Positions 54,517-58,900 of a stretch of 58,900 bases of DNA are shown in pieces. This stretch comes from Trichomonas gallinae (taxonomy: Eukaryota): contig MRSU01000169.1 of assembly GCA_008369845.1 (NCBI GenBank), positions 1 to 58,900 on the forward strand, given 5' to 3'. The position numbers and the translations under genes were made by a program. Position 1 is the stretch's first letter. Every line of letters starts with the position of its first letter. A model generated the notes under the pieces. That model was given only the letters and a program-made list of their open reading frames with translations. It was not told where the DNA came from and searched no databases.

Positions 54517-55653
54517 TTACAAATAAACATAAATAAAATAGGAAACAAGTAATATAATTAAAGCAGGAAGTGCTGTCTTCCATTTGGATTCATATGAGCT
54601 GAGAACCAACTTGCATGTTTTCGTGCACATTTGGACTTCTTCGTCTGGCGGAGGAAATTCAACTCTCCACAGACTTCTTGGCAGCTCCATCTTTGTTTCT
54701 TCAGTGAATTTGATTGTCCTCGAAAGCAAAAGCTTGTTGATCCTAATTAGCTGGCGCAATAATGGTTTTAACTGTGTTGTTGTGATTCCTTTCCTTTCTA
54801 TATCGACAAGGAGGTTGTTAGAAGCTGCAACGCAGTAGGGATGAAGAGACATCCACGTTGAGATGCATGATGGAGAATGAGAGTGATGACCTAGGATTTC
54901 TTCTAAAATGTTAAATGCAGCCTTTCTTCCTTTGCGGTTCTCCATGGCACAATAAGGGAGCATTCTTCTAAAGAATAGGTGTGACGCATTGCTTTCTGCG
55001 ACATGTGGATTTAATCTCGGTAAAATAAATTCTGCAAGATATTTGATGTCAGCTGGCGCATTTCCGAATGCATAAGCAAATACTGTTTCGTATTTATCGC
55101 TATCTAATGGAGGCATTTCGATGCTAGACCACTTGTGGCAGATATAATCTAATAATAAAACTGTTCCTTGCATTTTTGCTTGATCTTTGTAATAATCATG
55201 AATCATAAGCTTGTCATTCCACAGTGCAGCGACAATTTGAGCGTCGTTTTCCACTGCTTGACCCAAACACCACAAATATACGAAAAAGTTTGTTGTATTT
55301 TGAACACCAGCTATCAATTTGGCATTATTTTGCAATGCAAGTGATAAAATAAAGAAATTTTCGACATTTGCGAAATCCAAATGGTCAATCATCGTTAAAA
55401 GTGAATGAGCACGCGCTTCGAATTCATTTGTCTTGCTTAAAAGCTTTGCTTCGAATAATTCATCAACTCCGAGATGGTTTAAAGGGAAATTAATAAAATT
55501 TGTGAAAGAGTCAACGTAATCGGATTCAATATCAGTTTGATTAAGAACGTATTTCTGCTGCCATCTCATATCAGGCGCCGCATCTTTGTAAAGATTAGAA
55601 ACAACAGCAATCCATGTATCTATATCTTCAGTCATAGAAAATATTTTTGACAT
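54517..55653 (-). CDS. TMEM214 (DUF2359)-like C-terminally anchored protein
   Basis: LWCLGQA...VAALW and CISTWMSLHPYCVAASNNLL resemble TMEM214 (WALGQA..GLKVW; VWRQLYPKHLSQSSLLL); CTKTCK followed by a C-terminal TM. Start is 55653 or 55635. Confidence 0.65.
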   Translation of the reverse strand: MSKIFSMTEDIDTWIAVVSNLYKDAAPDMRWQQKYVLNQTDIESDYVDSFTNFINFPLNHLGVDELFEAKLLSKTNEFEARAHSLLTMIDHLDFANVENFFILSLALQNNAKLIAGVQNTTNFFVYLWCLGQAVENDAQIVAALWNDKLMIHDYYKDQAKMQGTVLLLDYICHKWSSIEMPPLDSDKYETVFAYAFGNAPADIKYLAEFILPRLNPHVAESNASHLFFRRMLPYCAMENRKGRKAAFNILEEILGHHSHSPSCISTWMSLHPYCVAASNNLLVDIERKGITTTQLKPLLRQLIRINKLLLSRTIKFTEETKMELPRSLWRVEFPPPDEEVQMCTKTCKLVLSSYESKWKTALPALIILLVSYFIYVYL

Positions 55654-55817
55654 GTAAATAAAATTTATGTCGTGTAAATTTTTAAATTAGAAAAATAGGC
55701 AAAAATCAACTAAATGTGGAGATTCTTTATATATGGTCAAACCAAGATGATCTTTATATGACATATTCATAATGTAGCAAACGAGATTATAATCATTTTA
55801 TATAAATATGAATTAGA

Positions 55818-55980
55818 GTGAGTCGTAATATTACATCTATTCAATCATAGTGTGTCGCAACGCTCATTCAATTTTAATGTGTCGTGAAAGTGACAATCAT
55901 TCAATCATAATGACTCGTAAAGTGTGACAATTATTCAATCTTAACGAGTCGTAAAAGAACATCTATTTAATCATAATGAA
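55818..55980. repeat. Degenerate minisatellite, about 5 units of 27-34 bp
   Basis: Units approximate RYGWSTCGTAAAAGTGACAWYYATTCAATCATA, e.g. gtgagtcgtaatattacatctattcaatcata, atgtgtcgtgaaagtgacaatcattcaatcata, acgagtcgtaaaagaacatctatttaatcata. Confidence 0.82.
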
Positions 55981-56085
55981 ATAGATTCAGTTGGATATAA
56001 AATGCGTTTGCTTCGAATATACTCATTGTTCAATTCATTGATTACTGCTCGAAAAAAATACCATGGATATTATTAAAAAACAATA

Positions 56086-57462
56086 CTAAACAATTTTATT
56101 GATAATTGTTTCTACGATCTCTTGGGTTGTTGGGTCACTCACATCGTGCAGTAAGTCTTCTAATAAATCTTCGCCGATAAAATTGCGAATAACATCAGCA
56201 CCGTTTGGAAAAGTATCAATAAACGAGCTGATTACTGATAGATAATGATTAGCTTGCTCAGATGGAAGAAACTTGAGTCCATAAATTAATTTCTCTGATA
56301 TGCTAGACTGAGTGATTAATTCTAATAAACAACCATCAGACTTCTCAAAGCATCTATAAATGAACTCCAGGGAGTTATTTGCAATGTTAAATGTGCTATT
56401 TTGAATTAAATATATTACCTCTTGTATAAATTGCTGATTAAATACGTAGTTGTCGAAATATTTCGTGTGGTTTGAAGATGTTAATGAAAAAACTTTGAAA
56501 ATAGATATTATAGGAGCTTCTAGCTTAGAACTATCAGCTCCATTCATAATTGATGTTGTATATAATTCAAATATATGTGCTAATAAGGATAATATTGTTT
56601 CTAATACTGATATATTTGATTCTGAAATTAATGTTATAAATTTATGCAAAAATGAAATAAAGTTATTGTAAATTGCTGAATTGGTGTCTATCTGTGTAAC
56701 ATTTTCAAGTAAAAATTGCAATAAACCCGAATTAATATATATCGAATTAAGATCAGGAAAGAAATCAAGTAATGACCTAAAGCAGTTTATGACAACAGAT
56801 TTATGACTGTCATCATATGTAGGAAAGCTTTGGCTCATTTTTTCAACTGCAATCTGAAAATATTCATTTTGAATGGTAGAGCATGCTATCAATAGGTAAA
56901 GTGATATGATTTGCAAACGAAAAGATATTGCAAGGAAGTTCGTCTTGATTTCATCGATTATATTTGAAGATATTAAAAATGGAATAAATTCTGGATTTGT
57001 CGATATTATTTGAGATACTGTAGTCAATGCGTGTATTTTCACCTTCTTTATTGGATTTTTAATTATTAATAACATTTTTGATAAAAATTCTTCGTTAATA
57101 AAGACTTCTCTTAATGAAGAGTAGGGAGACGATAGAATTGATATGATTCCAAAATAAGCAGTTAATTCATTTTCGTTTAATTGCTGATATTCATCAAAGA
57201 TTGATGAAATTATATTAACAAATTCGCTTTCTTCTAATAAATTATATGGTATATTTCCTGCTCCTTTGAATGAAATCATCCAATTGAAGATTTTTACGAT
57301 TGATGAATTTTGTTTCTTTGATAACCTGCGTAACTGTCTTAGGAAGTATTGATTTGACGACTCTGAGTACATATTTTCTAACTGGTTCCCTGAAGAACCA
57401 TATTTTGTTCTATCCGAGTTCGCAGAATTTTTCAAAATTAAAAAATATGAAAACAAAAACAT
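56086..57462 (-). CDS. Hypothetical ARM-repeat (importin-alpha-like fold) protein
   Basis: About 458 codons; ARM-like helices (VKIHALTTVSQII...FLISSNII; LLEDLLHDVSDPTTQEIVETII). Start uncertain. Confidence 0.65.
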   Translation of the reverse strand: MFLFSYFLILKNSANSDRTKYGSSGNQLENMYSESSNQYFLRQLRRLSKKQNSSIVKIFNWMISFKGAGNIPYNLLEESEFVNIISSIFDEYQQLNENELTAYFGIISILSSPYSSLREVFINEEFLSKMLLIIKNPIKKVKIHALTTVSQIISTNPEFIPFLISSNIIDEIKTNFLAISFRLQIISLYLLIACSTIQNEYFQIAVEKMSQSFPTYDDSHKSVVINCFRSLLDFFPDLNSIYINSGLLQFLLENVTQIDTNSAIYNNFISFLHKFITLISESNISVLETILSLLAHIFELYTTSIMNGADSSKLEAPIISIFKVFSLTSSNHTKYFDNYVFNQQFIQEVIYLIQNSTFNIANNSLEFIYRCFEKSDGCLLELITQSSISEKLIYGLKFLPSEQANHYLSVISSFIDTFPNGADVIRNFIGEDLLEDLLHDVSDPTTQEIVETIINKIV

Positions 57463-57662
57463 AAAATTCACAATAAAAATCACTATAATTATATGAATAT
57501 AGTATTAAAATGATCCAATTTTGAAAATTAATTTTTAGGTTTTTTAAATAATTGATTTTAGACATAAATTTTATGAGATTTTGGATATATATAGGATATT
57601 AATTCTAAATAAGAAGTAAAAAATCAAACCATGATGATTGAGGGCAAAATTATCGTTCATGG

Positions 57663-57667
57663 CCTTT
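57663..57667 (+). promoter_or_regulatory. CCTTT (M5-type alternative initiator) upstream of RPS23
   Basis: GGCCTTTTAGCGAATG; CCTTT is the Inr alternative typical of trichomonad ribosomal-protein genes. Confidence 0.65.
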
Positions 57668-57673
57668 TAGCGA

Positions 57674-58108
57674 ATGGGTAAATCCAAGGCATGCGGTCGC
57701 CTCGCCGCTCGTAAGCTTCGTCTTGCACACAAGGCCAACCTTTGGGCCTCCACATCTTATCGCCGTGCTCACAACACCTCCGTCTACAGAACACCACTCG
57801 AAGGTGCTGCCATGGCCTCTGGCATCGTCGTCGGCAAGGTCGCCGTCGAAGCTAAGCAGCCAAACTCCGCCATCCGTAAGGCTGTCCGTGTCCAGCTCAA
57901 GAAGAACTCCAAGGTTGTTACTGCATTCGTTCCACGCGATGGTTCCCTCCGTCTCATCGATGATAACGACCGCGTCCTCATCGCTGGTATGGGCCGTTCT
58001 GGTCGTTCCGTCGGTGATCTTCCAGGTTGCCGTTTCAAAGTCATCAAGGTTGCTGGTTTCTCACTCCTTGCTCTTTGGCTCGGCAAGAAGGAGAAGCCGC
58101 GCAGCTAA
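57674..58108 (+). CDS. RPS23: 40S ribosomal protein S23 (uS12)
   Basis: [51 protein letters not shown]. Confidence 0.99.
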   Translation: MGKSKACGRLAARKLRLAHKANLWASTSYRRAHNTSVYRTPLEGAAMASGIVVGKVAVEAKQPNSAIRKAVRVQLKKNSKVVTAFVPRDGSLRLIDDNDRVLIAGMGRSGRSVGDLPGCRFKVIKVAGFSLLALWLGKKEKPRS

Positions 58109-58561
58109 AAAACCACTATTGGTTTCTGCCACTGGCCAAAGGATATTCTTTTGACACAAAAATTTCAATAAACCATATCTGGAATTAAAGAAACATCGAT
58201 AAAACTAAATCAAATTTCACAAAATTACTACTTCACTATTGAAAAATTGTATGGCCATATCCATCGATTTCTTTTTATGGCTTGAATGCTATGTATTATG
58301 TTTGCACTCATCTATGCAAGTTCAAATCTTTATTGTTTTTGAGTGATGAGAAAAAATTATTTTTATATTTAAATGAGTGAACAATATTATTATCAGCACC
58401 AAGAAATCCAAGAGAAGGAATATATTTGATGATTATTTTCATGAGTTTTCAAAAAACAGATATTTTTTATTGTGGCTCTATTTTTATTTGAATTTTGTTA
58501 TATGTAAGCTTTTATAAAAAGGAGACCTTTGATTTAATATAATAAGAAATGCAAAAATGGT

Positions 58562-58900
58562 TTACTGGGCCTTGAGAGCAAACTTGCGCTCGAAGAGGCA
58601 CTTGTGGCGGCGAGCTTCGTTAGCTGTCATCTTGTTAGCGTATTTCTCAGCAAGTTTGTTGCGGATAGACTTTTCTTGGTGCTTGCGGAGATCGATTGGA
58701 ACAAGCTTGGCCTTAGCGTACTTCTCAGCGAGAGCCTTGCGCTGCTGGACCACGAGGATTGTCTTGATACGAGCAACATCGCGGCGGGTGTTCTTGATCT
58801 CTGTAAGCTTAGATGCAGCGGCGGAGGCAGCCTTCTGGCCCTTGAGCTCGAAGAGCTTCTTCTCAAGACCAGCGAGCTCGTCGAGGAGTTCCTGGCGTGT
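58562..58900 (-). CDS. RPL35: 60S ribosomal protein L35 (uL29), 5' end outside the window
   Basis: Frame open from the window edge: TRQELLDELAGLEKKLFELK...SKLTEIKNTRRDVARIKTIL...PIDLR...RKFALKAQ. Confidence 0.95.
   Translation of the reverse strand, partial: TRQELLDELAGLEKKLFELKGQKAASAAASKLTEIKNTRRDVARIKTILVVQQRKALAEKYAKAKLVPIDLRKHQEKSIRNKLAEKYANKMTANEARRHKCLFERKFALKAQ

Noticed and set aside
55818..55980. CRISPR-like appearance of the spaced repeat
   Set aside because: Repeats are degenerate, the variable parts are short and mutually similar, there are no cas genes, and the context is eukaryotic.

Overview
Gene-dense, essentially intron-free, AT-rich eukaryotic DNA from a trichomonad (Trichomonas-like parabasalid). 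This is inferred from a hydrogenosome-type IscU with an ML-S presequence, a DUF3447-ankyrin gene, a Gly-rich family gene, TCACTTT initiator, AAAGTGAC and CCTTT promoter motifs, and TAAA stop/polyA overlaps. There are about 26 protein genes: WD40, CSL4, GCN1, MFS sugar porter, Ser/Thr kinase, Gly-rich protein, Hsp110-like, GRIP golgin, RhoGAP, two ARM-like proteins, a beta-helix membrane protein, an acidic FSDDE-repeat protein, CDC27, eIF3h, a CXXC protein, FAM91A1, importin-beta, IscU, Rab, ankyrin, exportin-7-like, clathrin heavy chain, a type I membrane protein, TMEM214-like, RPS23 and a partial RPL35. There is also one disrupted surface-protein gene. I recognised no tRNA, rRNA, CRISPR or transposon. 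The main oddities are: (i) a WD40 gene whose first repeat lies upstream of any in-frame ATG, with an in-frame U_UUA_AAA slippery site and an ACG in start-like context; (ii) co-location of genes resembling the golgin/FAM91A1/FAM21/clathrin endosome-to-Golgi capture pathway; (iii) minisatellites built from core-promoter-like words; (iv) two recurrent, gene-oriented upstream motifs. All product calls come from motif recognition by eye, not from database searches.
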